Assembly (NCBI GenBank): GCA_043808235.1
Contig: JAZDFC010000039.1
Location: 71,475-135,474, forward strand
Reading direction: 5' to 3'
Length of the DNA: 64,000 nt
DNA from: a bacterium
GTDB lineage: Bacteria > Bacteroidota > Ignavibacteria > Ignavibacteriales > Melioribacteraceae
Translations under genes and position numbers: made by a program
Shown: positions 31,361 through 40,227 of the stretch, one piece after another
How positions within the stretch are numbered: position 1 is the stretch's first letter
How the letters are laid out: every line of letters starts with the position of its first letter
Notes under the pieces: model-generated
Database searches by the model: none
Told to the model about the DNA's origin: nothing
What the model saw: only the letters and a program-made list of their open reading frames with translations

Positions 31361-32641
31361 TTACTTCCCCTCCTTCTTCGGATTAAAAATATCTTTCAAT
31401 TTGTTCAAATCTAATCCGGATTCATCCATAAATTGTTGAAGGTTTGCACCACCTTCGGCATCGAGATTTATTCCGAAAAACTTTTGTGCATTGGCACCGG
31501 ATAATATCCATTTGATATCTGCATTCTGAATTGCGCTTGCCAATGCATTGTATTTTGAAAGGAGAATATCTTTTTGGATGTCGAGAATTTTTACGTTGAT
31601 GGCGGTATCGTTAAATTCTTTCAATGCTTCAGCGAGTTTTAATGTTCCTGCCGCATCGGCTTCTTTTTTAATTCGTATAATTTCAGCTTCGCTGCGTCCG
31701 ATGTTCTGTATTTTGTTGGATTCACCTTCGGCCTCAACAGTTAATTTGATTTTTTGCGCCATTGCAAGTTGTTCGATTTTTTGTTTTTCAATTTCGGCAG
31801 TACCAACTTCAAGTTTCCGTTTTGCTTCAACGCGTTCAACGTTCGCTACTGATTCCATTTGTGCAATCTGCTGGTTTTTGCTCTGTTCCGACATGCCTAT
31901 CTGCATGTCCTTTTCAATCTGACGCTTTCTGTAAATCTCTTCCGCTTCCGCTTTGGCAAGCTCAGCCTCCTTCGTTGTTGTGGCGACGCGTATATCGGCA
32001 TCCCTTCTAATTTCGGAAGCGACTTTTCTTTCGATGTCGGATATAATCGTACTGTCGTGAGCATCTTTAATGTCTTTCAATTCAAGATCAACAAGTTCAA
32101 TTCCCCATTTGGGGAATACAAGTTCAACTTCTTTGGTAATAGCGGTATCGAGCATTTGCCGGTTCATATAAATATCGAGGATACTCTGCTTTGTTGTAAC
32201 CGTTCTGCCGATACTTTCCATTATTGCCCGCAGATCCTCGGATAATCTTACAAAGTCGAATCCCATTGCACTCGTTGTATCGGTAAGTATCAACCTTTCA
32301 ACGGCAAGGTTTATATCTTTGATATTAATGAAACACATTATATCGCAGACAAACTTAGCCATCAGTTTGTCGTTCAGTTTAATATCATTCACTGGAATTG
32401 CAAGGTTGCACAAAGGCAGTTTGTGAATCTTGGTAATAAACGGAATATACCAATAAGCGCTTTTCCCTTCGCGGGCGGAGAATAATTCCTTCTTGTTTTT
32501 TAAGATGCGAATATGAGCTTCGTTTACGGGCACAATGCGGTATAGCTTAAAAAAGCCTCCTACAATGTGTCGCATAAAGAATAATACTGATGCTATTACA
32601 ACGCCAGCAACAATCTGAAATATTAAATTTTCGGTGAGCAT
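31361..32641 (-). CDS. Flotillin-like SPFH/band-7 protein
   Basis: N-terminal TM, SPFH domain, long Ala/Glu/Lys-rich flotillin coiled-coil repeat region (...EAELAKAEAEEIYRKRQIE...). Confidence 0.8.
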   Translation of the reverse strand: MLTENLIFQIVAGVVIASVLFFMRHIVGGFFKLYRIVPVNEAHIRILKNKKELFSAREGKSAYWYIPFITKIHKLPLCNLAIPVNDIKLNDKLMAKFVCDIMCFINIKDINLAVERLILTDTTSAMGFDFVRLSEDLRAIMESIGRTVTTKQSILDIYMNRQMLDTAITKEVELVFPKWGIELVDLELKDIKDAHDSTIISDIERKVASEIRRDADIRVATTTKEAELAKAEAEEIYRKRQIEKDMQIGMSEQSKNQQIAQMESVANVERVEAKRKLEVGTAEIEKQKIEQLAMAQKIKLTVEAEGESNKIQNIGRSEAEIIRIKKEADAAGTLKLAEALKEFNDTAINVKILDIQKDILLSKYNALASAIQNADIKWILSGANAQKFFGINLDAEGGANLQQFMDESGLDLNKLKDIFNPKKEGK

Positions 32642-32812
32642 ATTTACTCCTGTTTATCGGATTGAATTTTTATTTATATGAAAAAGCCATATTAACAAAA
32701 TATTTTTCGGGCGATAAATAATCCGTCCGGGTGCTACACAAAAACAATTACCTTTATGCTTGTGACATGATGAAGCTAAAATAGATTTCGAGCTTTCGTA
32801 ATATTCTCAATT

Positions 32813-33454
32813 TTAAAACATTATCCCAATTCTCAAATCAAATGAATTTGTATTTACTTCCAATTCATTGTTTTCGTACAAGGCATTGAAATCCGCATCG
32901 TAGATAAACTCGGCAAGCAGAGTAACCGTTATCAAATTAACTTCCGTACCAAACCCGACTTTTAGACCAAGTCGCTCTTTTTTGAAATCGTCAAGAACTG
33001 TATCCGAGAAATCAAGGCTGAACACTTTCCCGGTTTCGAAATCGGCCTTTGGACCGATAACAACATAAGGACGAATGACTCCGAGATTATAACGGAGTTT
33101 TGCCAGTACGGAAATATTAATATAATCGATTCGTAAATTGTAATCTGTCGACACACCCTCCGCGTCCGGGTTGCTTGGAGTGGTTACAATCAAATTATCG
33201 GAATAACCTTTCTGTACGTAGTTTAACTCGCCTACAATACTGAAAAAAGGTGCATCTAAAAATTCCGCGAACACGCCTGCGTTTAGTCCTGTTCGATTAT
33301 CGGGATTCATAAGATCCGTGGTAATGCTTGAATATTCCCAATCCTGTTTTGCAAATGTGGCTCCGACTTTAATTCCCCAACCTCGTAAAAACTGTGCATT
33401 GGTAGTTGAAAAAACAAGAAATATAATTACAATAAGTAAATAGATTTTTTTCAA
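32813..33454 (-). CDS. Outer-membrane beta-barrel (porin-family) protein
   Basis: Signal peptide; alternating hydrophobic beta-strands; C-terminal ...RIGIMF aromatic end. Confidence 0.6.
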   Translation of the reverse strand: MKKIYLLIVIIFLVFSTTNAQFLRGWGIKVGATFAKQDWEYSSITTDLMNPDNRTGLNAGVFAEFLDAPFFSIVGELNYVQKGYSDNLIVTTPSNPDAEGVSTDYNLRIDYINISVLAKLRYNLGVIRPYVVIGPKADFETGKVFSLDFSDTVLDDFKKERLGLKVGFGTEVNLITVTLLAEFIYDADFNALYENNELEVNTNSFDLRIGIMF

Positions 33455-33662
33455 AGTAACACCTCATTGGAATTGAAAATAAATTTCCTTTTGATCAGGA
33501 TTTTCTATTTTAAGCTCATACAAACATAATGGTTGTTCAAAGTAGTTTCAATCCCCCGCATGCGTGGTTTTTATCACAATTGAATGCCGGGTATTTTTTT
33601 TTGAAACTAAATAATAACGCCGAAGTATACCCAAATGATTTTATAAATAAAGGACGCCAACT

Positions 33663-34484
33663 TTGGCAAAGTGTTATTTAAAAATAATTCCTTACTTATG
33701 TGTGGGAATATTCGCTCTCTATCATGGAATAAATGCCCGCGTATTGGGCTGTGTGTATCATTCCAATCCGGCATTCAATTACGACTCGAGTGATTGGAAG
33801 TCGGTTTCTTTTTCAAAGATTAGTATGGGCGATTGTTCGGCACGGATATATGGCGAACATATTATAACTAGTGATTCCGCCTTTCAAACGCTTTTGAATG
33901 AACGGTGGGTATATTTTTCATATTCGGATTACGAACCACCCCAAATTGATTTTTCCAAATACACTTTGATTATTTCTTCGAAGTTTGCCGATTGCAATGC
34001 AAGATTTCATGTGGAAATATTTAAAAATGATAAATTGAAATCATTCCAAATTATAACCCGTGAATTTTATGGCGGATGCCGCGGTTTGAATCTTTTTGCC
34101 GACGCTTTAATTATCAGCAAGGAAGAGAACTATACTTTCGAATTTGTATACCCTGATGACACGGATTACTCAAATGGACGCGATCAAACCGCTTTCGAGT
34201 TTGTTATGCGTTTATATGAAATTTGCGCGAATAACAATTCGGCTGAATGGAAAAACGTATTGTCTGAAAAATTCCGTAACCGCGGGGATGAATATATTAA
34301 TAACCACTTTGGTATTTGGAGAGACAAAATTCTTAAAAAATATGACAAATGGTATCTATCTCAAGCATCGATAAAAACGGGGAGATATATTGAGGAAGGT
34401 GAATCGACTGTGATACTTATAAATGAAGAAGCATTTGCGAAAGTAAAGAATGAGAATGGCGAAATTAAAATTGATGAGAACTGA
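33663..34484 (+). CDS. Hypothetical protein (possible signal peptide)
   Basis: ORF with hydrophobic N-terminus; no recognisable domain. Confidence 0.4.
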   Translation: MAKCYLKIIPYLCVGIFALYHGINARVLGCVYHSNPAFNYDSSDWKSVSFSKISMGDCSARIYGEHIITSDSAFQTLLNERWVYFSYSDYEPPQIDFSKYTLIISSKFADCNARFHVEIFKNDKLKSFQIITREFYGGCRGLNLFADALIISKEENYTFEFVYPDDTDYSNGRDQTAFEFVMRLYEICANNNSAEWKNVLSEKFRNRGDEYINNHFGIWRDKILKKYDKWYLSQASIKTGRYIEEGESTVILINEEAFAKVKNENGEIKIDEN

Positions 34485-34646
34485 TTATTTGATTGATTCG
34501 TTTTATTGCTGTCTCTCAAAATACATTCGAACTGGTAACAGAATGGGGCAAGTAAAAGTCTTATGTAAAATATGTTTATTAACTTATTATAAAATTTTAT
34601 AATTTGATTACACTATAATTTGCTGAATTAGAAATGGGATTCGGGA

Positions 34647-35399
34647 ATGGAATACTCGCGTAATTATCTTGTTCACTATTATGAAATTGATTCGAAGAGG
34701 AGACTCACACTCCCGGCATTGATTCATTATTTTGAAGACATTGCAATTCTCAACAGCGAACAACAGGGATTCACTCTCGATTATTACGAAAAGAATCACT
34801 GCGGGTGGATGCTTTTCAAATGGGATGTAAAAATTCACCGTTATCCGGTCTTCAACGAAAGTATAAAGATAAATACGCGACCAACCGCATTCAAAAATTT
34901 TTTTGGAAATAGGGAATACGATATCTTTTCGGCTGATGGGCAGCTTATTGTCGAAGCAAAATCTTTGTGGATATTAGCTGACACGCAAACAAGGAGACCG
35001 CTGCGGGTGCCCGACGAAATGTATATCGGATTTGATACCAAGAAGGAAGATGAGACTAAATTTAACAAACTCGACGAACTCGAAGCTATAAGCGATGGTG
35101 AATTCAGAAGGAATATCTCTGTTCATGAATCGGATATTGATACCAACAATCATGTTAATAATGTCCGATATGTTGAATGGGTAATGGAATCCTTGCCCCG
35201 CGAATTTTTATCAAGCAATTATGTAACAGGAATAAAAGTAAATTATAAAAAAGAATTAAATCTTGGGGAGGAAGCTAGCGTGATTTCATCAATTAATTCC
35301 TCCGGTGATAAAATAAATTCACGACATTCTATTTGTTTTTCCGGCAAAGAATTTTGTAACTTAGAGATGGAATGGTTAAAAGAAGAAATAAATGAATAA
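34647..35399 (+). CDS. Acyl-ACP thioesterase
   Basis: Double hot-dog layout with NNHVNNVRYVEW motif typical of FatA/FatB-like acyl-ACP thioesterases. Confidence 0.75.
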   Translation: MEYSRNYLVHYYEIDSKRRLTLPALIHYFEDIAILNSEQQGFTLDYYEKNHCGWMLFKWDVKIHRYPVFNESIKINTRPTAFKNFFGNREYDIFSADGQLIVEAKSLWILADTQTRRPLRVPDEMYIGFDTKKEDETKFNKLDELEAISDGEFRRNISVHESDIDTNNHVNNVRYVEWVMESLPREFLSSNYVTGIKVNYKKELNLGEEASVISSINSSGDKINSRHSICFSGKEFCNLEMEWLKEEINE

Positions 35400-35442
35400 A
35401 AAGAAAGAGCAGTTTTTATCAAGAAGCTAAGGGAGGTCTGAA

Positions 35443-35829
35443 ATGAAAAGCATGTATCCCAACTTGATGGTGTACAACGTCAACGATACCATCGAATACT
35501 ATAAAGCATTTTTAGGATTTCAACTCCTCAGAACAATTCCACCGGAAGGTAATTTTCAATGGGCAATGATGAAATGCGGCGAAGTTAGAATAATGTTTCG
35601 AACTAGAGAAAGACTGAGTGCCGATATTCCGCAATTTGTAGACGCTGAACCCGGCAGCGGATTCACATTATTCATTATTGTAAGTGATGTGAGTAAATTA
35701 TACGAGAAAATTAAAGACAACGTCGAAGTAGTTTCGGATTTGCAGGAAACATTTTACGGGATGAATGAGTTTTCCATCCGAGATTTAAACGGATATGTTT
35801 TGACATTCGCCGAACCGATAAGTCAGTAA
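35443..35829 (+). CDS. VOC/glyoxalase-bleomycin resistance family protein
   Basis: 128 aa; paired beta-alpha-beta-beta-beta glyoxalase-fold pattern. Confidence 0.55.
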   Translation: MKSMYPNLMVYNVNDTIEYYKAFLGFQLLRTIPPEGNFQWAMMKCGEVRIMFRTRERLSADIPQFVDAEPGSGFTLFIIVSDVSKLYEKIKDNVEVVSDLQETFYGMNEFSIRDLNGYVLTFAEPISQ

Positions 35830-35943
35830 AGTCTTGCCGCAGCATGGATTTATTTATCTTAAAGTATAAGAATTAATTTCACCGAATTAATTCTTAACTT
35901 TTCGCAATAAAAATTATCTTCATCAATATGGAGATGAAAAGAT

Positions 35944-37032
35944 ATGAGAACACAACAAAATATTTATAGTTCCTTGCTTTTAATAACTGCATTGTGTGCG
36001 GGCAATATTTTCGCTCAGGTTTCGAACAACGAACTATTAAAAGAAATCGAGAGTTTGAAGAAGTACAACGAAAGTCTCGAACACAGACTTGACGTACTTG
36101 AAAAAACGGGCGACGATATTCTTTGGCAGGAACGCGTAGGTGATGTAGCTTTTGTTGACAAAGTGTTTATGACAGGTCCCGCGTTGTGGAAAGAGAAAAA
36201 TCCAACCGTCATCGGTGCGGGCAACCCGGTGAAGTTTTGGTCGTATGTCTTTATTCCAAAGGGAATTGATTACAATAATAAATATCCTTTGATTGTGTTT
36301 GCACACGGTGGAGTTCACGGTAGCTTCACAACTTATTACACACATATTATCCGTGAGTTGATGTATCAGCAGTACATTGTTGTTGCCGCGGATTACAGGG
36401 GAAGCACCGGTTACGGCAAATCATTTTTTAAAAAGATTGATTACGGCGGATTGGAAATTGATGATGTGGATGCGAGCAGACAATATATGATTGACAATTA
36501 TGATTTTGTTGATAAAGACCGCGTGGGAATAATCGGCTGGAGTCACGGCGGATTAATTTCACTAATGAATGTTTTTAATCATCCCGATAATTATAAAGTT
36601 GCATTTGCCGGTGTGCCCGTAAGCGATTTGGTTATGCGAATGGGTTACGAAGATGATGAATACCGCCAGTTGTATTCTGCCGATTATCATATCGGGAAAA
36701 CTGCAAACGAAGACCTTGCCGAATACAAGCGACGTTCCCCGGTGTGGAATGTTGATAAGCTCGAAACACCGCTGTTGATTCATACTAACACAAATGACGA
36801 GGATGTTAATTACGTCGAGGTGGAACATTTGATACAAGCATTAAAAGCTGCGGACAAGAAATTCGAATACGAGGTTTTTAATGATTTACCCGGCGGACAT
36901 TCTTTCGATAGAGTGGATACAAAGACTGCGCGCGAAATTCGCGTGAAAATTTATCAGTTCCTTTCGAAATATCTTTCACCGGCAAAACCCATAAAATCGG
37001 TTGAAGAAATTAACGAAGCGGCGTACATGTAA
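35944..37032 (+). CDS. Secreted S9-family / alpha-beta hydrolase peptidase
   Basis: Signal peptide, coiled-coil N-region, GWSHGG nucleophile elbow, downstream Asp/His. Confidence 0.7.
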   Translation: MRTQQNIYSSLLLITALCAGNIFAQVSNNELLKEIESLKKYNESLEHRLDVLEKTGDDILWQERVGDVAFVDKVFMTGPALWKEKNPTVIGAGNPVKFWSYVFIPKGIDYNNKYPLIVFAHGGVHGSFTTYYTHIIRELMYQQYIVVAADYRGSTGYGKSFFKKIDYGGLEIDDVDASRQYMIDNYDFVDKDRVGIIGWSHGGLISLMNVFNHPDNYKVAFAGVPVSDLVMRMGYEDDEYRQLYSADYHIGKTANEDLAEYKRRSPVWNVDKLETPLLIHTNTNDEDVNYVEVEHLIQALKAADKKFEYEVFNDLPGGHSFDRVDTKTAREIRVKIYQFLSKYLSPAKPIKSVEEINEAAYM

Positions 37033-37082
37033 TATGTTGACAATTAGAGCCATTATACACAATTTTAAAGAAGTAATGCGGA

Positions 37083-37391
37083 ATGTCTTATATGAATAAA
37101 CTTCAACTTAAGAACCGGATAGTTGATTCCTTAAAGGAAGAGAACGAAATTGAGAAGATTATAATTTTCGGGTCCTTTAATAGCAGCAATACACCAAACG
37201 ACATTGATATTGCTGTTATACAAAACAGCCCGGATGATTATTTAACGCTTGCCCTAAAATACCGAAAACTCATTCGCGGAATTGCGAGAGAAATCGCTGT
37301 TGATATATTCCCGGTTTTGCAGAAAACAGACAATTCATTTTTTATGTCGGAAATCAGTTCCGGGGAAGTGATCTATGAAAGAGGAAACTAA
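37083..37391 (+). CDS. MntA-like minimal nucleotidyltransferase (antitoxin-type NTase)
   Basis: GSxxxGxxxxxSDIDIAV-type motif (IFGSFNSSNTPNDIDIAVI); 102 aa; overlaps the downstream HEPN reading frame by 17 nt. Confidence 0.7.
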   Translation: MSYMNKLQLKNRIVDSLKEENEIEKIIIFGSFNSSNTPNDIDIAVIQNSPDDYLTLALKYRKLIRGIAREIAVDIFPVLQKTDNSFFMSEISSGEVIYERGN

Positions 37392-37758
37392 ACGATGGAT
37401 TAGTTACTCCGAGGAAAACTTGGAGGCCGCGCGAATTTTACTTGAAAGCAGCCTTTATAATTCATGTCTTCAGAATATTCAACAGTCGATTGAAAAGGCG
37501 CTTTAGTTGTTATTTATTGAAAAAAATATTCCTCTAAAAAAAACGCATAATATATTTGAGCTTAAGAATTTACTTGCAAATTTCGGTATTATGATTGAGT
37601 TATCCGACGATGACTGTGATTTTTTGGATAGTATTTATTTACCCACAAAATATCCGGTCGGAAGTGCGCTGCCGGATTTTTATCCCGATAGAGAGATTTG
37701 TATTGCTTCAATAAGCACGGCAGGCAGAGTGCTTAAAAGCGTAAAAGGACATCTCTAA
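37375..37758 (+). pseudogene. HepT-like HEPN-domain toxin gene interrupted by an in-frame TAG at 37504-37506
   Basis: One continuous frame: MKEETKRWISYSEENLEAARILLESSLYNSCLQNIQQSIEKAL-TAG-LLFIEKNIPLKKTHNIFELKNLL... The stop falls between the EKALK-like and KTH(D/N)L HEPN segments. The ORF-track entry at 37507 begins at a TTG immediately after the stop. Confidence 0.6.
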
Positions 37759-37784
37759 TTTTTCCCGAATAATTTTAGATTATT

Positions 37785-39263
37785 ATGAACTCAATAGAAT
37801 TATCATTAATTAATCTCTTTAATTCCTGGGCGGGTAAAGAAGCCGCTTCAATTACACCTCTGCCCCAATCCGGGTCGTACCGGAAATATTACCGAATAAC
37901 ATTCGGAGAGGAGCCGGTAATCGGCGTTTATAATTCCGATAAAAAAGAGAACCGCGCATTCATCGAATTCACAAAACACTTTTTAAAATACAACCTTCCG
38001 GTGCCGCAAATATTTGCTGAAGATGAATCGACGGATACTTACTTGATAAGTAATTTGGGCGGCACAACTCTGTTTTCATATCTCGAGAGCCGGAGAATCA
38101 CAGACACATTTCCGGTAGAAGTAATTGATATTTATAAAAAAGTAATTCGCATCCTCCCAAAATTTCAAATAGATGCCGCGAAGGATTTTGATTATTCGAA
38201 TTGTTACCCCCGCGCTGCTTTCGACAGACAATCCATTTTATGGGATTTACATTATTTCAAATATTATTTTCTAAAACTTGCTCGAATTCCATTCGAGGAA
38301 CAAAAGCTCGAAGATGCCTTTAACGGTTTCGCCGATTTTTTGTTGGAAGCAGACTGCAATTATTTTCTGTATCGCGATTTCCAATCGCGCAATATAATGC
38401 TGGTTGACGATGAACCGTATTTCATCGATTACCAGGGCGGAAGAAAAGGAGCGCTGCAATACGATGTGGCTTCGCTGTTGTATGATGCCAAAGCCGATCT
38501 TCCAAACGACGTTCGAAAAGAACTACTCGAATATTATCTTGAAGTAATGACAACGTATCCGCAGTTCAACCGCGATGAGTTTATGAAATATTTTTACGGC
38601 TATGTGATTGTGCGGATACTGCAGGCAATGGGCGCTTACGGCTTTCGTGGATTTCATGAAAAGAAAGAACACTTTCTTCAGAGTATTCCTTTCGCGGTTA
38701 GAAATTTAGAATGGATAATGAAGAATGTAGAATTTCCAATTCAATTTTCATATCTGGTAGAAATAATTTCCCGGATCGTAAATTCGGAGGAAGTGAAAAA
38801 GCTTGGAATACAGAAAGAAAACTCGGGAAATTTAACGGTGAGGATTTTCAGTTTCTCATATAGAAAGGGAATACCCGCCGACACAACAGAAAACGGCGGA
38901 GGATTTGTTTTTGACTGCCGCTCAATCAACAATCCCGGCAGACACGAACAGTATAAAAGTTTAACCGGCAGAGATGAACCTGTAATGCAGTTTCTCCAAA
39001 CACAAAGCGAGGCGGAAAATTTTTTAGAGTCTGTTTACAGACTTGTGGACTCAGCAATTGAAAATTACCTTGAAAGAAGTTTCGCAAATTTAATGGTCAG
39101 TTTCGGCTGCACCGGAGGTCAACACCGCTCGGTATATTGTGCCGAGTCGCTGAATAAACATTTGAATGAGAGATATAAAATTAAAATTGAACTGAAACAT
39201 ACTGAATTGGACCGCGTTGCTGTAAACGACAACGCTATTCAAACAAATCATCCTAAAGGATGA
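37785..39263 (+). CDS. APH-family sugar kinase (AmgK-like MurNAc/GlcNAc anomeric kinase) fused to a RapZ-C-terminal-like domain
   Basis: N-terminal ~350 aa with kinase catalytic loop YRDFQSRNIM and IDYQGG. C-terminal ~140 aa ...VSFGCTGGQHRSVYCAESL..., which I recognise as the RapZ/YvcJ C-terminal domain signature. Confidence 0.6.
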   Translation: MNSIELSLINLFNSWAGKEAASITPLPQSGSYRKYYRITFGEEPVIGVYNSDKKENRAFIEFTKHFLKYNLPVPQIFAEDESTDTYLISNLGGTTLFSYLESRRITDTFPVEVIDIYKKVIRILPKFQIDAAKDFDYSNCYPRAAFDRQSILWDLHYFKYYFLKLARIPFEEQKLEDAFNGFADFLLEADCNYFLYRDFQSRNIMLVDDEPYFIDYQGGRKGALQYDVASLLYDAKADLPNDVRKELLEYYLEVMTTYPQFNRDEFMKYFYGYVIVRILQAMGAYGFRGFHEKKEHFLQSIPFAVRNLEWIMKNVEFPIQFSYLVEIISRIVNSEEVKKLGIQKENSGNLTVRIFSFSYRKGIPADTTENGGGFVFDCRSINNPGRHEQYKSLTGRDEPVMQFLQTQSEAENFLESVYRLVDSAIENYLERSFANLMVSFGCTGGQHRSVYCAESLNKHLNERYKIKIELKHTELDRVAVNDNAIQTNHPKG

Positions 39264-39304
39264 TAACTTATACGTAATGGTTTTCCGATTTTCAATCTAA
39301 ATTT

Positions 39305-39994
39305 ATGAAAGCAATGATACTTGCGGCGGGATTGGGCACACGACTTAAACCGCTGACAGATGAAAGACCAAAAGCGCTTGTTCCTTTCAACGGCAAGCCG
39401 TTACTTGAGCATGTGATTACAAAATTGATTTCGCAAGGTTTTTATGAGATTATAATTAATGTCCATCACTTTGCGGAACAGGTAATTGATTACGTCTCAA
39501 AGAAAAACAGTTTCGGAATTAGAATTGAAATTTCGGATGAGAGAGATAAGTTGCTCGATACCGGCGGCGGAGTAAAAAAAGCATCGTGGTTTTTTGATGA
39601 CGGCAAACCGTTTCTTGTTCATAATGTCGATATTATTTCGGATACGGATTTAACGGCATTATTTCGACATCATGTTGATAAGGAAGAAATTGCTACTCTT
39701 TCGGTTCGAGAAAGAAAATCTTCCCGGTATTTATTGTTTGACGATGACAATACTCTTTGCGGATGGAAGAATGTTAATACCGGAGAAATCAAATTGCCGC
39801 GTCAAACCAATTCGACATTAAAAGAACTTGCATTCAGCGGGATACAAATATTATCTCCGCAAATTTTTAACTTTATGCCGGACGTAGAAGTGTTTTCTTC
39901 AATCGATTTATATCTTGGTTTAGCTGCCCGGTTTGAAATCAAAGGGCTGATTGATCAATCGTTAAAATGGATTGACGCCGGGAAGAAGCCGTAA
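39305..39994 (+). CDS. Sugar-1-phosphate nucleotidyltransferase (MurU-like)
   Basis: N-terminal MILAAGLGTRLKPLTDERPKALVP NTP_transferase motif; 229 aa; immediately downstream of the AmgK-like kinase. Confidence 0.75.
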   Translation: MKAMILAAGLGTRLKPLTDERPKALVPFNGKPLLEHVITKLISQGFYEIIINVHHFAEQVIDYVSKKNSFGIRIEISDERDKLLDTGGGVKKASWFFDDGKPFLVHNVDIISDTDLTALFRHHVDKEEIATLSVRERKSSRYLLFDDDNTLCGWKNVNTGEIKLPRQTNSTLKELAFSGIQILSPQIFNFMPDVEVFSSIDLYLGLAARFEIKGLIDQSLKWIDAGKKP

Positions 39995-40227
39995 AGAGTT
40001 TTGGATTAAAATTGTTTTTAAGCAAAGATCGTACTTCCCCTCGACGTTTGTGAAAAATGGTACGAGCGAAATACTATTAATTGAATTAATACAAACCGGG
40101 GCTGCAAGCATTACCGGCAAAAAAACAATTGAGAAAATTTTTCTGTCTCTTATTAAAGTAATCGATAATTTTTCGATAATAGATAATAAAAAGGCAGAAT
40201 TTACTTTTACTGCCATCAATAACAAAA

